Source: Callorhinchus milii
Taxonomy: Eukaryota
Direction of reading: 5' to 3'
Length of the DNA: 64,000 nucleotides
Assembly (NCBI RefSeq): GCF_018977255.1
Contig: NW_024704749.1
Location: forward strand, 7,316,001-7,380,000
Part shown: piece by piece, positions 38,828-58,187 of the stretch
How positions within the stretch are numbered: the stretch's first letter is position 1
How the letters are laid out: each line of letters begins with the position of its first letter
Notes under the pieces: generated by a model
What the model was told of the DNA's origin: nothing
The model's input: the letters and a program-made list of their open reading frames with translations, nothing else
Databases searched by the model: none
Program-made: the position numbers and the translations under genes

Positions 38828-40815
38828 CAACACAACATTGATGTCTTCTACCGAATAATGGGCTTTTGGAACCAGCTGGAGGGCAAGTCCCCCTCCAGTT
38901 CCACAACTGGCAACACAGATCACATTGGAAGCACTTGTCTGCCTCTCTCTCTCTCTCTCTTTCTCTCTCCCCCTCCCTGTTTAAATGCCTGGGGCGAAGC
39001 CATTGGGTTTGCCTCACAGCTCTTCCCCCCAAAAAATTACCTGTTGTAAAGTTGCCCTGCTAAAATATAATTGCCTCCTCAACCCTCACTCCCCACCCAC
39101 CCCCCCCCCCACCGCCACCGCCGCCGCTCCACCCCCGCGACGCTTTCTGCTGTTTACTAAATGAAGGCAACTGATCCCGACGTTTCGTACCATTAATTAA
39201 TGAGAATAATCCTTGCATTTCATAGAACGCCTTGTCGTGTCGTTGAGACGTCTCAAAGCGCTTCGCAGGATATACTGTAAAGTGGATTGACTGTGTGTTG
39301 TGTGGGCGAAATCCGCCAATCGACTAACAACCAGGTTCCTACTTATTGCTAGGTAAAGAGAGGCGTGTGGAGTAAGGAAACGTGCCTAAGATTTCGCCCG
39401 ACCTGTGAATCAAGCTGGGTTATCTGGTTTGCAAGGCGCGTGCTTATAAGGAACCCTTATAAGGACAATATCCATTCGGAGTCTGTTTCTTTCAAGACAT
39501 CAATAAAAAGGAATGCTTCAATTGGCTGATCTCTGTCATTACTTGTCAGATATGTATTCATCATTTCTGTTTGCAAAGCCAGCTTGTAGGAATGCTCTCT
39601 CCCCACGGAGGGATTCATTGGAATTGCCCTTTGTGCAAAAGGGGCCAAGTTCAGGTTAATGCCAAAGATGATTGCCCAAAACAGGGACAGAGTCTGAAAT
39701 TGATATGCCAATAACCGTGTTAAACCAGCGCTGCGGTAAGTGATTTCGAGATGAGAATTCAATCTCCGTCAAGTGGCTTTATGCTGCAAGGATAATGAGC
39801 CATTTAAATCCAGAATAGCAAACTATCCAAATTTAGACCCAAATTCCAATTCATTACACTCGACTATTTTATCATCGGGGACCTTTGCAGCATCTGTATT
39901 CTTGCTGGAAGCGAGAAGCTGAGATAATCATTCTGCCCAAAAAAATTTGCATTGACGGCGTGCGTGCAGCAGAGTGTGACCTGGCTGGTGAGTGTGGGAG
40001 TGGGGATGGGGGCAGCTTGTTCCTTTCAACGACACGGTAGCTTTCAGCCGGGGCATCAAAAATCCCCCAAATAAAAATTGGCCGCTCGCTCCACGGCAGC
40101 TTGCGGGACGGCGCGCGCAAACTGGGGGGGGGGGGGGGCCGCGTTTGGTCCGCAACCTCCACAAGCCCCTCGACGGGCTGCGCTTTGCGGTATATCCCGC
40201 GAAGCGCTTCGGGACGGTCTCGAGACTACCCGATAAGGCGCCGCCGTGTCGGGGGACAAGGATTATCATTATCATTAATTATTAATTATTATTATGATTA
40301 ATTAACTAACGGACGCATCAAAGCGCTTGGCAGGACTTTACCGCAAAGCGGAGTGACTTCACAGCCCACTCTTTGAATATTCACGAGGTATCCCTGAAAA
40401 AATGAATAATAATAATAGTGTTGGGGGGAGGGATGGGGGGGAGGGGAGGGGAGGGGAGGAGGGGGTTGAGAGTGAAACCACGCGTTAGCCAGTGCGGCGG
40501 AAGCGCACCAGCACGTTCAACACGTGGGCGGTTAAAAAGCCGCGGCTTTGATTGATGCAAAGTAGTGCCGGGTGGGTCGCCGCCCCCCCCTCCTCTCCAC
40601 CGCTGCCCGGTATCCGTGCGCCGAGCGGTGACGCCATTTTATTTTTCAAAAAAAAAGAGAAGAGAGAAGCGACGAGAAGGAAAGAGAGAGAGAGAGAGAG
40701 AGACGGACAGAGACAGAGAGAGAGAAAGAGAGAGAGACGCCACACCGGCCGGAGCCGGGAGAGGAGAGGAGAGCACACGCCGCCGCCGCTTTTGCTTCTG
40801 TTTCTGTGAAGGATC

Positions 40816-48638
<7,823 letters not shown>

Positions 48639-49746
48639 AAACCAGGACACTCCGGCATAGCCTATTTGGACTTGTATTATACCAGTTTGTCTCCCATTTT
48701 TAACTTTTTTTCTTTCTCTCTCTCTCTCTCTGTGTAATGTGTATCTGTCGGCTTGCTTGGATTAGATTACTACCCGTTGACTTGTGGTTTCTCTGCTGTG
48801 ATATACCGAACCCTGGTTGCTGTCCCATAGCAGCAAATGTGACTGCTCCCCCTAAGATGGAAGAATATTATGTAGAACTGTAGATCTCAAGCCTGCAACA
48901 GGGCTCCTATTTCTTAGGGAGTGCTAACATTACAGGTGCTGTCCTTCAGCAGATCTGAATGGGAGGGAGGGGTATCGTAGTTGACAAGAAATTTGACATT
49001 TGGTACAGTTCATGAAAGTGTTGTAAATTGCCTTGTGATGACAGTTTAATGGGGTTTTTCTTTCTTTGTTTTTTTTAAAAAAGGACTTGGAGATGGTGCT
49101 GGCAAATGACCATTTTGGGAGAGGGGGGAGATTAAAACTCACCGTCGAAAGTGTTTAGAAGTGGCATACTGTTTATAAAAACCACTGTGAAAATAACAGT
49201 TCAAAAAAAAATTGTATTTTCTCACCAAACGGTTCTTTTGGAGGAATGCATTTTTGCTTTTTTTTTTTGAAGTCTTCAGGTCTGTCACGCCAAACAACTT
49301 GTCTTGTAATAGATGTCGTGATCAGAGGAAGGATCTGTCTGCCTCTCCACTCTGCCAGCATCACTGGAAATTACGTAAAATTTGATTGATTGAACACTTC
49401 CTGTACTGTATATTTTAAAATGATGAAATAAAGCCATTATTTTACATTTGGCATTTTTTAATTTTCAGTCATAAATTGTTTTCCCCCCAAATTATTTCAC
49501 CCACAAAATAGATAGTCGATTCACTTTACTGTACAGTTCTGTGAAGTGCTTTGAGATGTCTCAAGGCATAATAAGGTGCTATATCAAATGCTATTATTAT
49601 ATGAAATTAATTCCGTCACTAGGGCTGCCTTGGAGTGGAGGAACGGATTGTGATTCTGCTCATGAACGCATCCAGCCATGTATTAATTGTTTCCTGTTTC
49701 TTTTAAGGATTGGGGATTTTTAGTTTAGAGAGAATAAAGTTCAAAA

Positions 49747-49780
<34 letters not shown>

Positions 49781-50715
49781 CCCCTCCCCCACCATTGCAA
49801 TTTTTTCTGAGGCCACCAGAAGCAATCTCTTCTCAGGACTGACACAGTTTGCTGCATTGCTGCTCACAAGGAACAGCGTGTCACTGGCTGCAGCACTGCT
49901 CTTTATTTCTGCCTCTCTGCTTGCTCTCTTTCTTCTTCCCAACTATTTCCAAAAGCCAGAAGCAACTGTTTAAAGTACTTGTAATGATCACGATAACCAC
50001 CAGTTTTCTCCTCTGCACAATAAGCTCCTGATCTCAGCTATAACTGCAGGAGACTCGTTTCTCTTTCCACCTACCCTCCACCATCCACAAGAAGAAGAAA
50101 ATCGTGGGGAAAGCTCCCATGGGCTTCCCACTGAGGGAGGAAAGTGGCACTTTGTTAGACTCCCTGGGTGTCAATTTGCTCTTTCAGCTGAGTAACAATG
50201 CATTGTTCAAAACAAAAGGGATGGTGGGAAATAAAGCTTGTTTACAAATCCTGACTCCTGCTTTTGGTGAGCTATTAAATATCACTCAGATTCCACCAGC
50301 CTCGTGCACTCGTGTTGAGCAAATGTCGATAACAACAACTTGCATTTATATAGCATTCTTCACGTGTGGTAGCAACTTGAATGCTTAATGGTGGCCTAAT
50401 GCCGAGGAAGTGACTAAGCACAGTCCAAGAGGAAGGTTGTCAGGAAATAGTATGGCCTGAGTATTGTACCGAATACCAGTTAGTTGGCTTCAGTGAGTTT
50501 GATCGGGTGGGGAAGGAAAAGTGAATTAAACTTATAACCACTTAGCACTAATATTGATCAAAGGTGGGTGGCGATGACTGATCTTGCACGTTCCCTAATC
50601 TACCCTTGACTCCTTTTGATTTCTACAGATTGATCTGAGTAATGTCACCTAGAATGCTTTCTTTGGTTCCATAGCTGACCGCACTATTGCCAGCTGGACA
50701 TTGGAGGAAAGGGTT

Positions 50716-51037
50716 TAATAATAATAATAATCCTTGCATTTGATATAGCGCTTTTCACGGCGGGAGGACGTCCCAAAGCGCTTCACAGAACACACTGTAA
50801 AGTGAATTGACTGTATATTTGTGGGCGAACGCGGCAGCCAATTGCGCACAGCAATGTCCCACAAACAGTCGTAGATTGAAAATGACCAATTTATTATTGT
50901 TTTTGTTTTGGAGGGATTATTATTAGGCTCTGTGTGGAGTAAGGAAACTTGCCCAAGGTTTCGCCCTCTGCCTGGAATTGAACTCAGGTCTCTCGCTTGC
51001 AAAGCGAGTGCTCTAACCACTGAGCTACAGGACTCCA
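50716..51037 (-). mobile_element. tRNA-derived SINE (internally shorter subfamily)
   Basis: Minus-strand head GGAGTCCTGTAGCTCAGTGGTTAGAGC (A box) and GAGTTCAATTCC (B box), tail TCAAATGCAAGG(ATT)n. Near-identical to 52557-52882. Confidence 0.85.
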
Positions 51038-52556
51038 CAAAGTGTTGCTACCTCAACACAGATTCCAAGCCGCTGCCTAGAACAATTTCCTGCACCCTAT
51101 GTCTGTTAATTGCACCCTTGTTGAAATGCTCAACATGCTTTAAAAACACTGCGAAGCTATCAGCAGACCTGCTAGGAATTTTATTTATTGTCTCAGCTTA
51201 GTTAAACAGTTCAAAAGACAAGACTTTTAAAGTACTGTACTTTGGTGTCTTCTTGATGCCAGACCTTTGGAATGTAACTAAGACCAGTTGTGCAATAGAA
51301 GACTTTAGCTCCCCTTTTTGCTCTGCTTCTTTCTAATCTTAGCCCTATATAAAGCTCCCAATCGACTTTCAGCACCTCATATACACTAATTAAGTTTTAA
51401 ACCTCTTGAGTGGAGGGAATGTTGTGTTTTAATGATGCTGCTTTTCACTTAGGATTGACAACGTGCTTCCCACAGTGATCCAGCGCAATGAGATAAATCA
51501 CTCATTTGCCATGGCATTTACAGCACAGAAGAAGGTCATTTGGCTCCTATCTATGCTCGCTATTTTGATAGAGGAATCCATTCAGTCTCATTTACCCACA
51601 TTCCCACCCCCCCCCCCCCCCCCACCATACTGCTTGATAAGCAGGAAGCGTCCCTCCAGGGAGAGAGAGTACCCATTCCATTCCAACAATCTATCTCTGG
51701 ACTTTCCATGTGTATGTGGGATGCATGGAATTCTCCGTTTGGTTCGGATGCTCTTTTAAGCCCGGTGATGGGTTTCCGCATGTGTCGAGACACCTGGCTT
51801 AAGCCAAAACAAACTGCTGCAAATAAATCCTTTTTATTTATCTGTCTAGTTCCCTCTTGAAAGCTAATATAGATGCCGACTTAGCCACAGCACTCGAAAG
51901 ACCATGCCAAACAACTTTTTTTTAAAAAAAGAAAGCTCCCTTTTACTTTAAATTACTTAATACAATTAATACCCTTTGCTTCCCAAATACCCCCTCCAAC
52001 ACCCAAATGGTTTCTGCGTGGTCACTCGCATCAGTGTGAGGAAGGAAGTGTACTTTGGCTTTTAACTGTGCTGGCTCTAATTATTTTTAAGATGAAAAAG
52101 GATAAAACGTGGGGGAATAAATCCTTGGTTCCCCCCCCCCTCTCTCTCACTAAAACAAACAATGGGCTTCAACTCTCAAAAGAGTTAATGCTCATTAGGT
52201 GAATACTTTAGATTTGAACCTAAATCTATTGCAAAAGAGTGAGTCTCATCGGTGAGGAAACCATAAGAAAAGTAAGAAGCTTACATTTGCAGATAAAGTA
52301 GCAGAGAAAAAGCGGAAGCAAAGGCATCCTGTGACCAGGAAAAGAGGCGTGAGCAAGGATTTGGGTCAAAGAGTAGACTTTTTTACACAGAAGGATATCG
52401 ACACGCAATTTCTTTCTCTCCCAAATCCTTCTTGTAAGTACATTTCCTAAAATCGTTTGTACTTCTGCAGCTGAGTTTGTTTGTAAGCCGAAGGTTTATC
52501 TTAAAATCTGTTATTTTCTCTTGTGCACTGGAGTTGCAATTTGATCATTTTCCGAA

Positions 52557-52882
52557 ATAATAAATAATAATAATAATCCTTGCATTTGATATAGCGCTTT
52601 TCACGTCTTCTAGACGTCCCAAAGCGCTTCACAGAATATACTGTAAAGTGAATTGACTGTATGTTTGTGGGCGAACGCGGCAGCCAATTGCGCACAGCAA
52701 TGTCCCACAAACAGTCGTAGATTGAAAATAACCAATTTATTATTGTTTTTGGAGGGATTATTATTAGGGCTGTGTGTGGAGTAAGGAAACTTGCCCAAGG
52801 TTTCGCCCTGGAATTGTTTGGAATTGCACTCAGGTCTCTCGCTTGCAAAGCGAGTGCTCTAACCACTGAGCTACAGGACTCC
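52557..52882 (-). mobile_element. tRNA-derived SINE (same subfamily)
   Basis: Same head and tail, same diagnostic internal sequence as 50716-51037. Confidence 0.85.
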
Positions 52883-53959
52883 ACCGCCCCCCAAAAAATA
52901 TCAAACCCTACCTGGGTGTTTAATTCCCCTCCCCCCCCCCCCCCCCACCTGAGTGCAATGTTAAGTGCAGAGAGTAAAACGTTTCACCTCTCTTTGTGGT
53001 ACTGTGCTGAATGTATTTGGTTGAGTCGTGGATATAGTCATGTTATTTCATGTCACCTTGTCAGGATGAAATTACCAGACCTCCCGCCCCCAATCACATG
53101 GGAAAGCCAGTTCACAAAATGAACTGGGAACTAACTTGCTTTTAACATTTTAATCGTGTTTTTTTAAAAAAATTATAATTTGGCCGCTCAAACTCGGTTA
53201 TATAATTATAATTTACATCCTGTGCGCAATTGGCTGCCGTGTTTCGCCCACAAAATACAGTCAATCCACTTGACAGTATTTCTTGTGAAGCGCTTTGAGA
53301 CAAACGTTTCGATGAAGTGATAAGGCGCTATACCAAATGTGGGGATTATTATTGTTAAACGTTTGCGTACCTCCTGTTACTCAATATGCTCGTTGCCATA
53401 CTGTTTCACAATTTCAGTTTTACTCACTTAAAATGTCTCCATTTTCTGAAGTTGGGTTTTGTTCCCGAGTATCAAACCGTAACCAAGTGACTGTCCTTGA
53501 TATGTGCTGGTCTTCAGCATCACATCCCACTCGCCTTCCAGTCGGTGGGGGAAGCCTGACCCACTTGGTAGACCTCACGCCTCTGGGTTAGAAGGTTGTG
53601 GGTTCAAAGGCACCACTTGTCTCGTCAAATTCATAGTCCAGAGTGACACGCACCAGTGCGGTACTGGGGGAGTGCCTGGTCAGGTGAACATTAAGGATCC
53701 TGTGACACTATTTGAAAGATGAGAAGGGAGTTTCTCCCGGTGCCTGTGCCCTGGTCAGTTCACTTCACAATATATTCTGTGAAGAGCTTTGAGACGTCCC
53801 AACGACAAAACGCTCCGAGACGCTGCCCCACGTGAAGGGCGCTACAAGTTGTTGCTGCTGCTGTTGTGATAAGTTGCTATCTCAAATGCAAGGATTATTA
53901 ACTTGGAAATCCTGACTTTTGTTGTTACAGGAGAAGCGGGACTGTAAGACACTGTGCCG

Positions 53960-56770
53960 ATGGCAAAGATCCTCAAGCATTTCAGCACCGTGGGTGATGA
54001 TTATCACAGGTGGTGGGAGGAGGAAGAGGAAGATGAACACAATGAAACTGTGGAAGTTACTGAACAACCAACCCTTCCGTCTGACTTCAGGGCTTCTCTC
54101 AAACGACTGTTCAACTCTGATACGTTTCAGGTATCTTTGATTTTAACTGAGTCTTTGAGTGAAGGCACTGGGTGGAGTCCAGTGTCTTCACTCAAAGGAG
54201 TCCTGTAGCATAGTGGGTAGAGTGCTCGCCTCGAGCAAGTGAACTCAGGTTCGATTCCCAGGGTGGGGCAAAACTTTATGCAAGTTTCATTACTCCACAC
54301 AACGCCTGTTTACCCAGCAGTAAATAGGAACCCGATTGTTAATCAATTGGTGGATTGGGTTCTCAGGGTAATAATCCCTTAAAAAAATCAAAAATGTGTT
54401 CACTCAATCCATGACTGTTTGCGGGACGCTGCTGTACGCAATTGGCTGCCGCGTTTCACCCACAAAATACAATCAATCCACTTTACAAGCGCTTTGACTC
54501 TCAACAACGTGATCGGGCGCTGTATCAAATGCAAGGATTATCATTATTATTTTTATTATTGCTTGCATCTGAATTTTTTTTGAACAGATTACCATCGTGT
54601 GTCTGGTTATCCTGGATGCATTATTCGTGCTTTGTGAATTGCTGATGGATTTAACGATCATAAGGACGGACAAAGATAAAATAGCTCCCCAGGTAGAGTA
54701 CCATGTTCTATAGCAAAGAAAAACTTGTGCGTTAGTAACCCAGAGGATCCCAGGTCTAGATCCTAGTATGTGTTGAGAAGCTTACCATTCAGGCAAAGTT
54801 AAACCAATTAAGAAATCCGGGTGGTGTAAATAAATACTAGGAAATTTTACAGAGGCGAGAAAAACAAAAGGAGCTTATGGGAAAATTGTACAACAATTTA
54901 AGCCTCATCGATTCATTAACAATGGATTAAACGTTTAGTGATTAATCTTGTGGTTCCATCAGAATGCTTGCGTCACCCTTCATATCCTGATAACGTTACA
55001 TCTTTAAGGTTCACCCTCCATTTACTAGCTGGTCTGTTTTGCTAATATTAACAATAATCCCTTACATTTTGGTAACTGTGCCTTTCACAGGAGGACATCA
55101 CCAAATGCTTCACAGGATATGTTGGAAAATGTAACAACTGTATTTTCTTGTGGGCCAACACTTTCTTTTGCAACTTTTAAGCAAGAAGTGGTATACTGTA
55201 ATTTTAAGAATTTCATAATAACATGAATGCTTTGCTATTTTAAAGGTTGCACATTTTACGGACTTCTGCTAGCTCTTCTTCACAGGATATATCATAAAGT
55301 GCAGTGACTGCAGGCGAAATAATAATTTAAGATAAAATCCCATACAATCACTGGACACCTGAACCACATAACTTGCCAAATGACTTTCTAAGTGCGTTCA
55401 AAATAGATAGGACACGACTAAGTCTATGCACTCCTCAATCCCATTTTTCTTAGCGTACTCAAAACAAAATGTTCTATCTCTATGATTTACCAGATGTTTT
55501 GCCAATTCATGGCAAAAAAAAAAAATCAGAGGGGAGATGTTGAGGAATCTTTTTACACTGCGAGTTGTTACGATCTGGAATCACTGCCTGAAAGGTGGAA
55601 GCAAATTGTATAATAGCTTTCAAAAGGGAACTGGATATATACTTGAAAAGGAAAACATTTTCCAGGCTCTGGGGTAAGAGGAGAGAAGTGGGACTAGTTG
55701 GATAGCTCTTTCAGAGAGCCAGCACAGGCACGATGACCGAATGGTCTCCTTCTGTGCTATAAGATTCTATGATTCTATTTCTCTGCTGAAGATTAACCGT
55801 GTCCCTTTTCCTCTGCAGGTGTTTCACTATCTGAGCATTACTATCTTGGCTTTTTTTTTACTGGAACTGTTCGGCAAACTCTACGCCTTCCGCTTGGAGT
55901 TCTTTCGACATGTTTTTGAAGTCCTGGACGGGATCATTATCCTCATCTCCTTCGTACTTGACGTTATCTACATTTCCCGGGAGGATATTTTCGATGGCAT
56001 GGGATTACTGATCCTGCTCCGACTCTGGAGAGTGGCCAGGATAATTAACGGTACAGCTCCGTGCGTTGTGGTTTCAAATTGAATACGTTTCCAGAGCGAG
56101 CAGGAAAGCGGCAGAATCGTCCGTAACTGGAGGACGTGTCATCTCTCCTGTGTACAGTATTCCAAAAATCAGGAGAGGTTTGGATGAAGAAGCCCATTTG
56201 ATCTCATCCTTCCAGACAATCTACGCCCCGACCAACCCCCTTCCACCGTCTTCTCATTACAGGATTTAACTGTTTATTATAATAATAATACTTGCATTTG
56301 TTGCTTAGATAAATCACAGTAATCTTGGCCTATATCACTCTTCCTGATAACTCATTCCTAAACCAAGCTTCCTCTCAATCTTTGCAGACAAGAAAGACAA
56401 AACAAGTTATTTATAACAGGAGAGGGTTATTAAATACACTATGTGAATAGCCAGTGCCTTATTAACTGTGTGCTGAGTCGCCGTTCCTTATTTTGCAGGA
56501 ATTCTCGTCTCTGTGAAGACACGGGCTCAAAGGAAGGTAACAAAGCTGAAAAACATTAATGCTGACCTGGTGCGGAAAGTGGATGTCCTGCAAGCTGAAC
56601 GCACCGAGCAGGTAAGAGTGGCCACTGAGCAGCGTGATTATAACTGATATTTCTTTAAAGAAATAAAATACAACTTTCAGTCCATTTCAAAATTGTTTTG
56701 ACAGGCGCAGGAAGTTGAACGGCTACGCAGATTACTCCAACAACACTGGATTAACAACCAGACTAATTGA
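53960..56770 (+). CDS. HVCN1: Voltage-gated hydrogen channel 1 (Hv1), 228 aa
   Basis: Exons 53960-54130 (MAKILKHFSTVGDDY), 54588-54692 (S1 VILDALFV with the selectivity Asp), 55819-56050 (S4 LRLWRVARIIN), 56499-56611, 56705-56770 (TGA). An acceptor at 53930 implies an upstream non-coding exon, which was not located. Confidence 0.94.
54197..54560 (+). mobile_element. tRNA-derived SINE, full length, in an HVCN1 intron
   Basis: GGAGTCCTGTAGCATAGTGG A box, GGTTCGATTCC B box, family body and (ATT)n tail. Confidence 0.82.
55526..55778 (+). mobile_element. CR1 LINE 3' fragment
   Basis: Degenerate RT C-terminal sequence followed by a CR1-type tail ending ATTCTATGATTCTA. Shorter tails at ~62030-62160, 9545-9690, 27770-27850, 36375-36480. 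Confidence 0.7.
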
Positions 56771-58187
56771 GAAATCCCTTTAGGGCAAAGCATTGTTTGA
56801 GGAACTTAATCAGGAGTTATTTTCGTAAAATTATCTCAAAGGCTCCTTATGCTTTTAAGGACTGAAAAGTGAGATTTTCAGAACTTGAGCCCAGCTTTTC
56901 CTGCGTCTCTTGAGCAACTCCATTAACTTCTCATTTCTAAAGGTGGTTGAGTGGTAACAGGAAGCAATGAGCCATTAGCTTAATCACATCCCAAAGAATG
57001 AACTAAAATCCTGGGGTGGTGGTTTTGGAGGGGCTGAACCCTCCTCGGTCCTTTTTTAAACCTTGCACTTGCACATCAGTTGAGTAGCTCCTCGACTGAA
57101 ATGATTTCTAACGTGATTTCTTAATGAGGAATTGAGTGGGTATTCCCTGCAGTAACTGCACGTTAACCCATGGGAACTCCACTCCACAAGTAGATTGTAT
57201 TGGAGCAGCTACCCTAACTTGACTTACATTTGGTTAAGAAAATCCGGTAGAAATTATCACAGATATCTGACCCCCCCACAATTCCTCAACTGAAATCAAT
57301 GCATCAACCACGTACTATATTTCTGTGGATATTTGTCAAGCATAAACCTGGCCAGTCTGATGAATTACAATGGATAGCAAACATCAAATAACATTTTAAT
57401 GTTTATTGAGGAAAAAGCAGTGGGGATTGTACATGATTTGCACACAGTCAGTCTCTCTACACAAGGTCATTGAGGAAGATTAACCAGGTCTGTTACAAGT
57501 TTAGTTTATTTGAACCCACAACTGTTTCCAGATCAACATGTAACCTGATCCAAAGATCAAATTCTAATGAATTCTAGACTTCTGCACAAAACGGTTTCAC
57601 GTTTTCTTTAAGAAATGTGTAAAAACTGTTAACCTAGTCTGACAGAATATTGTATTATATTGGGTTACTGAATGAAGAAAATAAAAAGCCTGTAAAACAG
57701 TGATTTACAGTCCAGCTTTTCCCTGGAGTGCTTGTATAATGTGATCTTTCTCGGCAGAAGTGTTCATGTGTTTATCAGGAATCGACTGTGAAAATAAGAT
57801 ATGGATCTAAAGGTCTTTAAAATGTCTCCTGACTTTGGAAGGGGGAGCAAAATAATGATCCCTGACCATTTACATTCATTTAAAGTTACTAAATATGTTC
57901 CATTGTTTATAGAAAAATATAGTATCTGCTATAAAAATGCCAGTTCTTTTTGCCGTTTACATGTAGTGTGCTTTCAATGCTATTACTGTAGAGATCCATT
58001 GTAGTTAGGCAATGTATTCCTGTAATTTCAGATCCTTTTAGTACATCTCTGCTGAACCGTATTGCTATGGGCAATTTAAACATCGAGAAGCATTTAAAAG
58101 TCTTGTCAAATGACAATCTTACACATTTTGTTTAAATAAACTAGTTTGCAGATTGCAGAACACACAAAAAAAAACTCTTTCGATGCC

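Noticed and set aside
39457-39762. 101-aa minus-strand ORF between CCDC63 and PPP1CC
   Set aside because: Non-ATG start, no recognisable domain and no splice support.
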